This document shows, piece by piece, positions 1 through 13,730 of a stretch of 64,000 nt of DNA; within the stretch, counting starts at the first letter, position 1, and the number at the start of each line of letters is the position of its first letter. Location: contig JAAOMT010000786.1 in the NCBI GenBank assembly GCA_016748015.1, positions 772,513 through 836,512 of the forward strand, given 5' to 3'. The translations under genes were made by a program, and so were the position numbers. The DNA is from Geosiphon pyriformis uo1 (Eukaryota; Fungi; Glomeromycota). The notes under the pieces are model-generated. The model was not told the DNA's origin, did no database searches, and saw nothing but the letters and a program-made list of their open reading frames with translations.

Positions 1-189
1 TATTTACAATTTACTATTATGCATAATTTATTCAAATTTTAAAGAAAAAGAACCAATCAGTAAGTGTGTTTTAGAATTAAAATTAAAATTCAATTGTAAT
101 TCAAATTCTAACAATAATAACAATAATAGTTCTAATATTATTCACTATGGCAACAATAATAACAATGATTTAAATTTCAATTACAACTC

Positions 190-370
190 TAAACAATATA
201 TTGTATTCTTAAATCTTTTAAAGAAGCAAGAACTTAAATAGTTCAACAATAATAATAAAGATATCATGCCAAAATATATATATAATACCAATACAAGATT
301 TGATTTTAGATATTTTGAAAAAACTGCTATCAGATTAGAATCTTACTTACATATTAGTATAAATTTAAGA
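190..370 (+). pseudogene. Heavily decayed dUTPase-like fragment in an AT-rich repeat block, probably retroelement-borne
   Basis: Translation KQYIVFLNLLKKQELK*FNNNNKDIMPKYIYNTNTRFDFRYFEKTAIRLE. Reverting G>A/C>T changes turns NTNTRFDFRY into a DxDAGFDLRY-like dUTPase motif 1. Contains stops. Confidence 0.3.
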
Positions 371-1199
371 AATTTAAGAGATTTTAATAAAGCTTAATAT
401 TAAAAGAAGGAAATAATATTATTTATAAAAATTAAGAATTATAATAATAGATAAAATAGCCAATTAGAAATAAGTATAGTAAAAAGAAAAATTTCAAAAT
501 TCCAAAATTTCAAGATTTTTTTTAAAAAATTACAGGATTTCAAAAAATCTTGTATAACATAAATTATATATATATAGTAAAAATATTAAAAACAAAAAAA
601 GTAATTTTAAGAAAATTTAATAAAATAAATAGAATTTATTAGAGTTCAAAAAAAAACAATACTTTTCTCTTTAAAAAATAATTTTTTATAACTTGAAGTG
701 AAATTATTCTCATATTAATAAAACATTTATTATTATCCAAATCTATGTTATTATTACTTAATTAAAAAAATATTAATCTATTCTACTCTATTTACTTTTT
801 ATGTTAATAAAATTCAATATTTAACTATATTGAAACAATAGCTCTTGATTATAACTATTAATAAAATACTAATTTTTTTGTTTTTTTTTTGTTTTTTTTT
901 GTTTTTTTATTTTGTTTCTTTGTTGTTTACTAATTAATTAAAAAAATTAAGTGTTAAGTATTTAATATTAAAAATAGTCTGATAAAAAACCTGAAAACAA
1001 AAATAAAAATTTAAGAATAGTTTAGTAGAAAAACACAACTGTCAGAATAAACTGGTCATCATGCTAAAAAAAATTCACAGAAAAAACCATCAATTAAATC
1101 TTTATCTATTATATAAAAAACTCAACTAAAACTTTTAAACTCCAAAATTTTCAGAAATTACAGATATTTTTAATTATTGAGCATCAAATTATGAATTTA

Positions 1200-1995
1200 T
1201 TATTTGTTATAATACTCCAAATAATCATTTGTAACAATATTAAACAAATTTTTAACAAAGTAATAAGCATTTTTAGAAACAGGTCTGTTTTCAATGCTAA
1301 AAAAAACAACATAATATCTGAAAAGCCAAAATAAACTTAGAAGCAATAGCAATATTAATATAAAAATTAGCTTATTTATTTCTAATAACACCAGAGTGGT
1401 TTTTAACTTTTTTCCAATTGACTAATAAATTTTTTTTTAAAATAACTTGGCAAATGTATTTTTTCTCAATTCAATACTTACTGTAAAAATTAGAACCAGG
1501 TTTTTTCTTGTTGAAACAACATATATTTAGCAATATTTGGCTGTTTGTAAACAAAATAACAAAGTAAAAAGTAAACACACAATTCAAAACAAAAGTAATG
1601 ACTTGTAATTTTACCAAAGTCAAAAAAAGCAAACCATTTATCTTAACTCCAACACTTATGTTAATATTTGAAAAGTAAGCAGCAGCATCTCTATAAGCAT
1701 CTACCAAACTTAAATTTTTAACAGAGCCATTTATATAAACATTTATACTACTCAACCCAAAGTTCAGTAGATGTTCTTTAACATAACCTAAATCACAAAA
1801 ACAGTTAGCAGAAGTTGAACAAAGGGCCAACATTCTACCATCTACCAAGCCACTATTCTTAATAAACTTGGCCAGCAAACTAAACCAGCTAGGAATTGGA
1901 CCTCTAGAGTTTAGTCTTTTCCATTTGCGGAAAGTGTTCCACGAAAAGCATGTGCCACGACGATCCAAAAGCTGGTTAACGAAAATGATGCCGAG
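1200..1995 (-). mobile_element. Non-LTR (LINE-like) retrotransposon ORF2 fragment, RNase H region, degenerate
   Basis: ORF 1471-1968 has VYINGSVK...AAAYF...LVKLQVITFVL...LFTNSQ, matching RNase H motifs (VYTDGS, ELQAI, FTDSQ) with acidic residues changed D>N and E>K by G>A mutations. Confidence 0.7.
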
Positions 1996-2670
1996 GTCTC
2001 ACCATACTCATATAATCATTCAATCCCAATTTGTTGTTGTTGTTGAAGTTTAATTTTTTTTAAATTTTAAGTTTAAAATAATATATAATTTAAACAATTG
2101 ATTTTTAATTATAATTATAATTATAATTTTTAACTTTAATAATTTTTGTTTATTTGTAATTATGATTAAATCAAAAATTAAATAGTTTGATAAAAATAAA
2201 ATCCAAATTTCAATTAAGAATTTTAGCTTTCAAACTGATAAAATAAGTATTAATATTAATATAATATGAATGCTTTGAAAAAGAAACGATTCATCAATCT
2301 GTATTTCTTTTATTTATTGTCATTTGTGCAAGTATTCTCTGTTATGTGGAATATATCAGATTTTCTTTCTCTTCTTGTGGTTATGGACCTGGTCCAATCA
2401 ACGAGATCTATAAAACACTGAAAGATCGTTACAGGTTGAGATTACCAGACGGTGGTGTAGAAAGCGGAAATCCCCATTTTGAGTAGTGTCTTCAAGCTTC
2501 TCGACTCTTTCCAAAAATGGTATTTTGTTCGCGAGATATAGATCACCAAGGATCGGCTCGCCACATTTTTTATATAAAAATCAATGTACATCTTATTTCC
2601 TTTTGGGCTTCACATTGTTCAAGTACATTCTCTCGCAAAACAAACATCTATCAAGGTTGTCTACACAAAT

Positions 2671-5600
2671 ATGGTTTCCCCAATTATCCCGCGAAAAGGA
2701 TTCCAAATTCCTGAAGCAGTTCACCCACCAATACCCGGTGAAAGTCACCGGTATTATGGAAATATTCATGTCAAACAAGTGAGGCTTCCGTCCAATTATT
2801 CCACTTCAGCTAACCAAAGAACTTCAGCTCCAAGTTCAGAGGAAAAAAAGCCTAGCGATGGCAACATGACCATTCACGAAGCAGCTGCCGCCGGCAATCT
2901 CGAGCGTGTACGAGAGTTACTGGATCCTCAAGGCGTTGATCAAACTTCGGGTTCCCTCTGGAAGCCTAACGAAGTCAATGTGGCTTCTGGCTTCACACCA
3001 CTACATTATGCATCTTCTAGAGGTCACCTAGCCGTTGTAGAATATTTAGTAGATGTCGCGGGTGCATTTATACATCCCGATGATCCAACAGGAGAGGTAA
3101 TAAAGTTCTTAAATTCAATAAAACAATAAATAAATTGATATTACTAAGAAAATTTAATGTAAATCTAATATCTGTGATATGATAATCTAATGGGTTTGAA
3201 TAATAATTTGAATTTCGAAAAATAATCATAGACCGCTTTGCTGAAAGCCTCTTATAATGGTCATACCTCTGTAGTTGCTTTTCTTCTCCAAAAGAATGCC
3301 AACGTTGATGAAAAAGATAATGACGGTTGGACGGCCCTTCACAATGCTGCATCTCAGGGCCACCTCAAAATAGTCCAATATTTACTGGATGAAACTACTG
3401 CCGATGTTGATGTGAAAAATATAAAAGGACATACTCCGTTAAGTAAGCTGGTTCACACGGGTCAAAATTTGAATAATTTCCGAACAATTCTAATATCTTT
3501 TGATTTTTGAAAGTGAACGCCGCATCTAAAGGACATATTGCGATTGTGGAATATCTTCTTCGATCTCAAAAGGCAAATCCACTAATAAAAAATAGTCTTG
3601 GGGAAGCTGCCTATGATGTGGCAGCCACTAGTCAAAATATTTATATTTGTGAAATACTCGAAAGGGCTGAACGCGAATGGTGGAAAGGAAAAAAGACTTT
3701 GCCAGAACGTTTGTATTTCAAATTTTATTTTATTATCTCTTCATGCTAGATCTAGATTATTCTCACACAAATAATTTTAAAATCTCAGCGGGGTCTCTTG
3801 CAGAGCTTGTTGCAACCCCAGCTATGAACCAACCCTATGATGTGCTTGCTTTTCATATTTCTGTCCCTGTCGTTCTTCATGAGAACCAGCGTGCCTCCAG
3901 CACCTTTTCGATTCTTCGTGGACCTCCTAAATATTCGGCGGCGACCCGCGGTGATACTAGAGGCCCTTGGTCTTTACCTAATGGTAAACCGATGATGAAA
4001 GAAGATGTTGATCTTCCCTGGGGGGTGAACTCATCTTCCGCATCAACCTTAATTAATGCCACATCATCAAGGACACGAACTTGGTGTTGGTATTCCGATT
4101 GGCAAATTGATTTTTCACATCCTAATATAGACGCAGATGGATGGCAATATGCTCGAAGTTTTGAAGAAACTGATCAAATGTGGGAATCCGTACCTCCTTC
4201 GAATAGCAGTAATTGGGTACGGAGGAGAAGATGGGTACGGATCATGAAACGTAACGCTCCACACTTAGACAATGGCCTTTATTTCCCTCTTTTAAAACCG
4301 GATTATGTTGAGCAAGCTGAATCAAATATATCCGTCAAAGCTAAAATCTCTCACCATGATTCCTCGGATTATCTTGAGCAAGCTGAAGCAATTATCAATA
4401 AAGATCACGGTAAAGGTAAAGCTGTCAATCTTTCTACCAACGAACAGCTACTCCGGTATAAACATGCAATTAGTATCTTATTTCGTGGAGTTAATGGTGA
4501 GCTTCTCAAAAATATATGAAATGACATTTCCTTATGTTACCTTACTTATGTTTTTTAATGATTCACAGGCGATACGAATGAACAACGCCAATTCGAAGCA
4601 TATTCTTTGTTGGGTACTTTTCTCCAGCATGCACAATTTCTAGAAAAATTGTTAGACGGTCAAGGAGATGTTTCAAGCTTCAAAGATGTTCCAATCACTC
4701 CTAGTAACCAAACGCCCACGAGTTACTTCTCACCATTGAGTCGCTCAAGCACCGATATTGGAAATCAAATTACAAACATCCAGGCTGAATCCACTACCAG
4801 CCTTGAAAGTTTTCAAACAACTGAATTGTATTGGAATCCTGACTCAAATGAAAATACTCGTAATCCTTCTCACATTTTTTCGAGATCAACAACTTTGTCA
4901 AATCAAGTGGAACCTATAACAGGTCTTAATACTACATCAGTTTCTGCTAATGATCTATCTAATCCCTCTGGAACTTGGGAACATGACGAAAACGTCCATA
5001 AGTGTCGTCTTTGCCCTCGGAAATTTGGATTGTGGGTCAGAAGACATCATTGCAGGTTTGTTTATCTCTACGTGTAAGATTTTAAAATCTCGAGGAGTAC
5101 TCGCTCTGATCCTTACCGAAACCAACGTATAATCATCAGAAAATGTGGTCAAGTGGTTTGTGATCGCTGTTCAACTTCTCGAGTTCCTCTTTCACCCACA
5201 GAAGTTTTAAGTGATCCTTCGGGGACCACTGATACGAACGGACCCCAAGGCCCGCAATTTCATCGCGTGTGTGACTCTTGTTACTATGCAATGGGTTCTC
5301 CTGCGATCCATAGGTCAAACAGCTTCAGTGCATCTATTACATCTGGGTCATCTATACATCATCATCCAAGACGATTAAGTAACAGCTCGACGATGACGGA
5401 ATGTCCAGCTTGTCGTGTTAGACTGAGCAAAGTCTCTGGTAACAAAGCTGGACAAGAAGAGCATGTGAAGAATTGTTTGGAAAGCAGGAATGGAAATAAC
5501 GTGAGCGGTTATAACTATGTGGGTGAGCAAGCCGCTTTTTGGTCTTAAGCAAAATAAACTTGACAATAAGGGCCCAAAAAAGAACCGCGATAAGACCCTA

Positions 5601-6237
5601 CTAAACAATTATTTGGCAAACCATTATTATGACTTAATCTGGTCTCCTGTATTGTTTACTCTATCAAATGCTCTTGTAATCAAAAATCGTTTCCTCCGTA
5701 CGTATCGATCTTGACTTCGCCCGATACGAACTGTTATTACCTCTGACAAACACAGTATACAAGCTCCCCCAGAACAACCCCATCATTGGCCAAGAATGCC
5801 CCATTTGTTTCGAAGAATTTCTTACCGGTATGAACATTTGGGACTTAATTTTGTTTCTGTTATTTTCTTTATTTTATTGTATTTTAAAGGGAAAAAAGGA
5901 GGCATTTGTATCTGATACCCTGATACCTGTTCCACTATAAAATCACGCTTTGATATTATTCGCTTTCCTTATTTCAATATTCTTGGTTTCTGCCTCTTTT
6001 TTTGGCCAATTCTTTTTATCTATTCTTTATCATCTTATTGGTTTTCCTTTTTGGTGATCGCCTTCCCGCGGCCTCATTTTTATCTTATGTGATAATAACC
6101 AACACCACCACCACCACCACAACCCACCGCTTCTAGGGCAAACCGTAACTCGGCTTAACTGTCTGTGTTCATATCATTATCACTGTATACATGGATGGTT
6201 CGCGCGGGGTAAAGAATGTCCGGTGCATTATCGATGA
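2671..6237 (+). CDS. Ankyrin repeat + DysF + MIT-like + FYVE + UBZ-like + RING-H2 protein (Pib1-like E3 ligase with an N-terminal extension); 8 exons
   Basis: GT-AG exons that join in frame: 2671-3096, 3232-3442, 3514-3708, 3789-4496, 4569-5055, 5140-5522, 5756-5827, 6137-6237. Motifs: ankyrin (GFTPLHYASSRGH, GWTALHNAASQGH), DysF (WQIDF..DADGWQY...WVRRRRWVR), FYVE (WEHD..CRLC..RRHHCRKCG..VCDRC...RVCDSC) and C-terminal RING (CPICFEEF..RLNCLCSYHYHCIHGWF...CPVH). Confidence 0.9.
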
Positions 6238-6529
6238 TCCCAACTTTTTGCTATCAGGATTTCTTCAGCTTTTTCTTCCTGAATAAGAATAGTTACTTTT
6301 TTTATTTAATTTACTTTCGTTGATTGTTCCATTTTTATTATAGAGGATCTAACATCCTTTTGGCAGCTTTCAGGCGGACTTTACGTATAAAAAAATGTGC
6401 AATAAGAAATGGAAGTTGTGAATAGCTTGTACAGTGAAATCACTTTGTACGATATCATTTTGGTAGATAATCTATTTTAGAATATACCTTCATCTGTATT
6501 CAATAAATAAAGGGATTAGATGATTTAAG

Positions 6530-9500
6530 TTGACCAATTTATTAATTCTAAAACTTAAATATAATAATAATAATAATGTAAAATTTTTAAACTTAAAACA
6601 AATATTTAAATAACTCAAAAATATTATTTAAGATGAAATTGAGAAATATTGTTGCTTTTTTTCAAGTAAAAAGATTTTGATATTTAAAAATCATATTTTT
6701 ATTTTTAATGTTTTTAACAAATAATTGTTTATTTGTTAAATAAAATTTATAAAAAAATTCGACTAAAAATATTGTATTTAAATTCTAATTAATAATAAAA
6801 TAATGATTATTTTTGAAATTTTATTAATAATTTAAAATTTGTAATATTATATAATATTTATTTGTTTAATATTTATATTACAAATAATAAATAACATATA
6901 ATTTAAATAAAAAAATTCATTTATTTTTAATAATATTATAAAATATAATATTATAAAATCTTAACACATAATTAATCATTTAAATTTAAGTAAATAAATA
7001 TTTATTTATTTTTTAAATTTAAACTATTTAGTATTTTTATTTACTAAAATAATTTACAAATATTTGTTTAATATAAATATATTTACATATTTAATTTTTA
7101 TTGTTTTTTTATAAACCATTTTTTGTTATTATTTACATATTATACAAATTTTTTAAAATAAATAATAATAAAAAATAGTTTTTTAAAACCATAAATATTT
7201 AAAAAATAAGTTTTTTTAATTTTAAAGATTTGGTTCTTATATAATTATTTTGGTATTAAAATATATTTTAATATTAAAATAATAATTATTAACTTAAATA
7301 TATATATTAAAATTAAGTTTATTTAATTTGATTTTTGTAATTATTATTAAATAAAAAACAATACATTAAAAATATTATTTATAATAAGAATTTAAATATT
7401 AAGTATATTAAAATAAAAGATTATTTTAAAATTATAAACAATAATTATATTAATATATTTATAAATAATACTATAATTTAAAGTTTATATTATTTATTAA
7501 TATTAAAAAAAATGTTTTTTATAAATAATAAAGTAATTTTTAAATATTTATTAATAAAAAAACTTGTTTAATTTAATAAGTTTTAATTAAAAACTTAATT
7601 GTAAAAATAAATATATTAATAAATTTTTAATAAAAAATTATAATATTACTGATCTTTAAACATATTTCATAAAATATTTTCATAAAAAGTTGTTAATAAT
7701 TATAAAAAAAACTTTTTAATTTTAAATATTTATATATTTTAATTTTTTATTTGTTATATAATACTATTATTAATAATTGTATTTATATAATTATTGTTAA
7801 AAATTTTGTTTTTAAGATTTAATTTTTTAAATTATTCTTAGTATTTAATAATAATATTAAAACTAAATTATATATAATAAATTTTATTTATAATTTTGTT
7901 ATAAAACACAAAAAAATATACTTTTTGTTTTTTTAATTTTATAATTATAACCAAAATAAAGAATAAAAAAGCTACAACTAGTATCTTTTGGTATTTAATA
8001 AAATTTTATTCAAAAAAGTTTTTTCTGTTGTGAAAGCAGTTAGATAAAATGTTTTAGAAGTTTTTTTTTTAATTTATAATAACAAAAAACTATTATTAAA
8101 AATTATGTATATATTTTTTTTTTTACTAATCAAAATTTTACTAAAAAAACACACATGAGTTAGTTTTAATGTTGTCTTTACTCCTTTTAAGAGCCCAAAA
8201 ATTTTCAATAACAGACTAATTAATAAGTTGGTTTTTTTCACTATAATTGCTATTTGGTGCTGCTAACATTATTACTTTAAAAAATACCAAAAATTCAAAA
8301 AAATAAAAACAGTTATTTATTTTTATTATTATTATATTAAATTTTTTTGTGGTTTTAATAAAATTTTGAATAAAATTTCTATTGTATAATCTAGTATAAC
8401 ATCTAAAATAGGCCAAAATTAATCACTAGTTGTATTGTTAAATATAGTATCTTTTGGTAAATTATTGTTAGTTTTAAAAGCAAAACAACAGTTTTTTGTT
8501 GGATTATCTGTTCTTAGAAATTGGACTGACCAAATAGAAATTGAAGCATTTTTTTTGTTGGTTTTGCTATTACTAATAGTGTTTAGAAAACTATTTTTAG
8601 TTATTAAAGATTTATTAAGTAGATAGTCTTTACTTTAGTGCTTGATACAATTTTTAAGATTAAATTGACTTATATTAAGATTGTTTTTTAATTTGTACAT
8701 GGTTTTTTGAATGTAAAATCAGTATTAAAAAATAATATAAAGTTTTTTTATATAAAGTTTGCTTCTCAAAAATTTTTAAAAGCTGCTTTTCTAATTAAAC
8801 TTATAAATTTTATTTGTTTAACCACTTTTAATATTGTCAAATCTTTAATGATTTTAAATATTGGTTCTTTTTTTGCTATTATTACACTATATAATATGTT
8901 TTTAAGTATGTTTATTATTAATATTAAAACAGTATTTAGTAAGTTTGGTAAAATTACCTATATTATACTAAAATTTGCTGGTATTTAACAATACATTATT
9001 GTTTATTTCAAAGAACTAAATACTATAGTATCTGTTTTAAATTATTAATTAGTATTAATGAGTAAAAATAATGTTAAAATTTTTTTTGGTAAATTAAAAT
9101 GAAATTATTTTGTTTTATAATAAATTAAAACCAAGTTAATCAATTTTTTTTCTGATTGTATTGTTTTTAAAATTAATAATATAATTTTTTAGATTAGTAA
9201 TCAGACATGTTTTATTCTTTACTTTTTTAATTTTGGTTATTGTTTCTGGTTTGTTTTGATTATATTTAGATTTTAAGTTAATTTGAATATTATAGTAATT
9301 AAGATTAATATAATAAAAAAGTATTATATTTGATAGAAAACTCTTAATTATTAATACTGTTTTAAGTATCAAAAAATAAGCCATTTGGCTGTAAACTATA
9401 AAGTGTTTTTATCTTTTTTTCTAAGATTTTCAAAGTATTTATATCATGTTTTGTAAATGCTAAGTTTTATGCCAAAACTCCTGCTCTTTTGAGTTTTTAT

Positions 9501-12500
9501 CTCTAATAACTTTTGTTTTCTTTTTTGTAATTGTTAATAATTCTTTGGTTTTTTTATAGCTGACCTTTTTAAAAGCTAATTTGGCCAAATTAACTACATT
9601 AGTTAAATTTATTACTGCATTTATTAGTCTTATGTTTATTGTTTTTAAACAATTTATTAAGAGAAATTTTATTTTAAACAGTGTTTTTAGTTTTAAAATT
9701 AATAAAATTTTGATATATATAAAAGTTTTTAACAAAGCTATTAATAAGTTAAAGTGAAAAATATTTACATTAAAAATTAAATATAGTTATAATAATATTA
9801 ATATATCTGGTTCTTATGTGAATTTGTTTATTGTTAATAATAATATGTTTTTAATTTGTTGTTGCTTTAAAAACATAAATTTGTTAATATTAAGACTAAT
9901 GCTTTTAAAACAGCTAATTAGTTGGTTATATTGGTTTTTAACAATATTATTCTGTTTAAAATTGTTTAAAAATGTTTTTTTTGAGTAGATTTTCTTTTAG
10001 AGTTTTAATTTAATATAGTTTAAACTGACTTGAATAGCTAATTATATGTAAAAAAGATATAAATATTATTTAGTATTAAAATACTTAATTTGTTTCTAAT
10101 TTCTAAATAGTAATTGAATTATATTCATTAAATATATAATAATAATAATAATAAACACAAATTAAATATTTAGTTACTAAATTTCAAGTTTAAAATTAAT
10201 TATATAAAAAAACTTAATTGTTAATAACAGATTAATTTTAATTAATATTTATAATTTTGTTAAACTTAATTTTAAAAATTTAATTAAATAAAATTTTTGT
10301 TAAAAAATATTATATTGGTTTTGGTTTTATTGTCTATTTGCAATTATTTTTTAAGAAGTTTTATAAATATTATTATCTAAATAAAAAATTAACTAAATAT
10401 AAAAAAACATAATTAATATATAATAAAATACATAATAATATAAAATAACAAATTATAATTAATAATAGCAATATAATATATAAATAACAAAAATTTTAAG
10501 TTTTTAAAACCTATTTTATATAATAAAAAAATATATATATAAATAGTTTTAATTTTAAAAAAAAATATTTGGTTTTTTTTATATTTAACATATAATCCAA
10601 TTATTATTAAATACAATAAATCAAATTAAGTAATTTAAAATTAGATATATTTTATGTATTTTCTATATATAATTAAATACAAGTTTAGTTCAAACTAAAT
10701 TATATTAAATTTATAAAAAAAAATCTACTTTAAAAAAATATTTTATGCAAAACTACAACCAAAAAAATTATTATTTATAATAATACTACTTAATTATTTA
10801 GCAGTTTTATCTAAATTAAACTTAATGCTAATAAATTATTATTTTTAAAAAATATTAATCTAATATAAACTTTATTATCTAAAAAATTATTATTATATTT
10901 TTATATATAATTAATATTAAAGTTATATTTAGTTTTAATTATATTTATATTTAAAAAAAGCTTATTTATAGTCTTATATTTTATATTAAATTATATTAAA
11001 TATATCTTTAAACTCTATATACAAAATAAAAAAATGTTCAAAAAAGTAATAATTAAAATAATTAATAAACTAATTAACTTAACAATAAACTTAATTAAAA
11101 TAACCAAATTTAAGATCTGAAATTATAAAAAATTTAATTTAAATTTAATTACAAAATTAACAATAAAAACAGCCAAAAAAACAATAAAAAAAACCAAAAA
11201 AGCAATAATTTTAATATAAAACTTTATATTAATAAAAAATAAAACAACAATAATAAAATTATTAATAGATTTAAACACAATTTTATTAAAAAAAATAAAA
11301 CATATTATAATTTATAGTTAAATAATCTAAATTCTAATATTTATAATAATAATAATATTTAAAATCTTATTAAATATAAATCTTATACAAAATATTGGTT
11401 TTTATAATAACAAAATTCAAAATTTTTAAAAACTTAAAAATTATAATAACAAAATATTAATAAAAATAAGAATTAAAAATACAAAAAATAAACCAAATAT
11501 AATTATTAACTTGAAAAATCAAATTATTGATCTTAAAAATTATACAACTAAAAAAAAATAAATAATTTGGTCTTAAAAATATATTTTAAGATAATAATTT
11601 TTTTTAATTAACCAAAAAAAATTTTAATATTATTATTTTTAATTAATACAGACCAATAAAAACAACAACAACAATAAAAAAAGTTTTAAAAATAAATAAT
11701 AATATATTATTACAAATTAACAAATTTTAACTTAACTAAAATAATAAAACCAAAAATATTTTTAATATTATTAGAAAATATATTATTATAAAGTGCAATA
11801 GCAAATAAAAAAAAAGAAACAAAAACTATTATAAAAGAGTTTACAATTTTAAATATGATTAAAAAAAATTTTATTAATAAAAATTTTGGTAATAACAATT
11901 AAAAAAACATTAAAAGCAAAATTTATATAAAATAACTTAAATTCAATAAAACAAAACAACAACTTAAATAAAAAATCAACCAAAACCAATTTAATCTTAA
12001 GTATAATACCAAATACAAAATAGAAATTATTTATTCAATAAATTTTTAATAATTAAAAATTGGTTTTTAAATATTATTAAAAACAATACCAAAAAACAAA
12101 AAAAATATTAATTTAGTTTTCATTTAATTAGTTTAATTTTTAAGATTAAATAATTCAATAAGTTAATTAATTGAAAACATATTTAAGAACATATCTTGTT
12201 TTGCTTTTAAAATTAATAATAATTTGTTAAAAAACATCACTTTTAATAATATAATTAGTAATTAATTTTGGTTTATTTTAAAAAATATGTTATTATTATT
12301 GTTGCTTATATTAAAAAAAAAACTAAATATTATTGTAAAAATTTTATTCAAAATTTTATCTGAAACTATAAAAAATTTAATATAATAATAGTATATACAA
12401 ATAACTATTACTGTTTTTTAAAGTTTTTAGTTATTTGCAAAATAATAGTAATAAAAAAAAAAAAAAACCAGCTTGTTAATTGGTTTATTATTAAAAACTT

Positions 12501-13730
12501 TAAGGTTTTTAAATAAAAACAATATAAGAACTTATTCAAGTATATTTTTTTAAAAAATTTTTGATTAAAAAAAAATAATCAGCCAAAAAACAAAAAAATG
12601 CTTTCAATATTTAAAAAAAATATTGCCAAAATAGTTTATTTAATTGTTTTAATAACAAAAAAAATTTTTTTTTAAACCAAATATAATTAACATAATATTT
12701 TTGGAATTTTAACAATTTAGATTAATTATTTTTAATTATAATAATTAATAAAGTATTGATTTATTTTATTTTATTTATTTTATTTTTTTATTTTTATTTT
12801 TATAAAATTTATTATTAATTTAAAATAGCCAAAAATAGTATATATAACAATTTGATAATTTAATTGTTATAATAAATAATTTAAATTTATAATTTTTATT
12901 TTATTTTATTGAACTAACTAGTTAGAAAATAAATATTAAAATTATAATATTACAAATAATTTGATAAAAAATATAAAAATAAATGTAAAATTAAATTATT
13001 AATAGTTAAATAATTTATAAAAAAATCAAAAAACACTAAAATAAATTAATTATCATATCAAAAAAATAAAACACAAAATATTAAAATTTTGTTTTTTATA
13101 CAAAAAATCTATTATAAAAACTTTTAAATTTAAAATCTTTAAATTATATAATAAAATTACAGTATTAACTTATAAATTTTAAATCATATATTTATTTATA
13201 ATATTTAGTGTTTTTGTAAAATATAATTTACAAAAAACAAAGCATCATAAAAAATAATTCACAAAAATTTACAAAAACAAATTATCAAAAAAACCTAAAA
13301 CTAATTAATAATTATTTTTTAACTAAAACAATTTTTAATTTTTATATTAACAAAAAAATTTAATATATATTAAAAAACAAAAAAATCCAAAATCTGCAAA
13401 AATAAACTTTTACAAAAAATTTAAACAGTGTATTAACCATTCTTAATTTTATAATTTTTAAACAATATTTGTTAAATTTATCAATTATATTTAAAAAAAA
13501 TTACATTAACTATTAAAGACATAAAAACAAAACAATAATTATAAATACCAGTTGTCATCTCAAAAAAAATTACATTAATTTTATAAAAAAAGCAATAATT
13601 CAAATTTTATTGAAAGCTGTATTATTATCTATTACAAAATCTAGTTTACATTTTTTATTTCAGAGCAATTTTAAAAATAAAAATTTATTAAAAGAATATA
13701 AAACATATTTTAAAAAATTGAGATTATAAT
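6530..13730. repeat. Very AT-rich block of nested, decayed transposon relics
   Basis: Abrupt change to extreme AT content, almost no CpG, and only short K/N/I/F/L-rich spurious ORFs. Confidence 0.75.
7900..10153 (+). mobile_element. Decayed ORF1-only LINE-like element, copy A, ending in a (TAA)n tail
   Basis: Collinear with 34190-36460 over about 2.2 kb. RRM-like ORF1 motif IKTVFSKFGKITYIILKFAGI*QY. Ends in a short 3' UTR and (TAA)n at about 10137-10153. Confidence 0.6.

Noticed and set aside
8216-13700. Many short K/N/I/F-rich ORFs in AT-rich blocks (also 35-47 kb)
   Set aside because: Compositional by-products of decayed repeats, not host genes.
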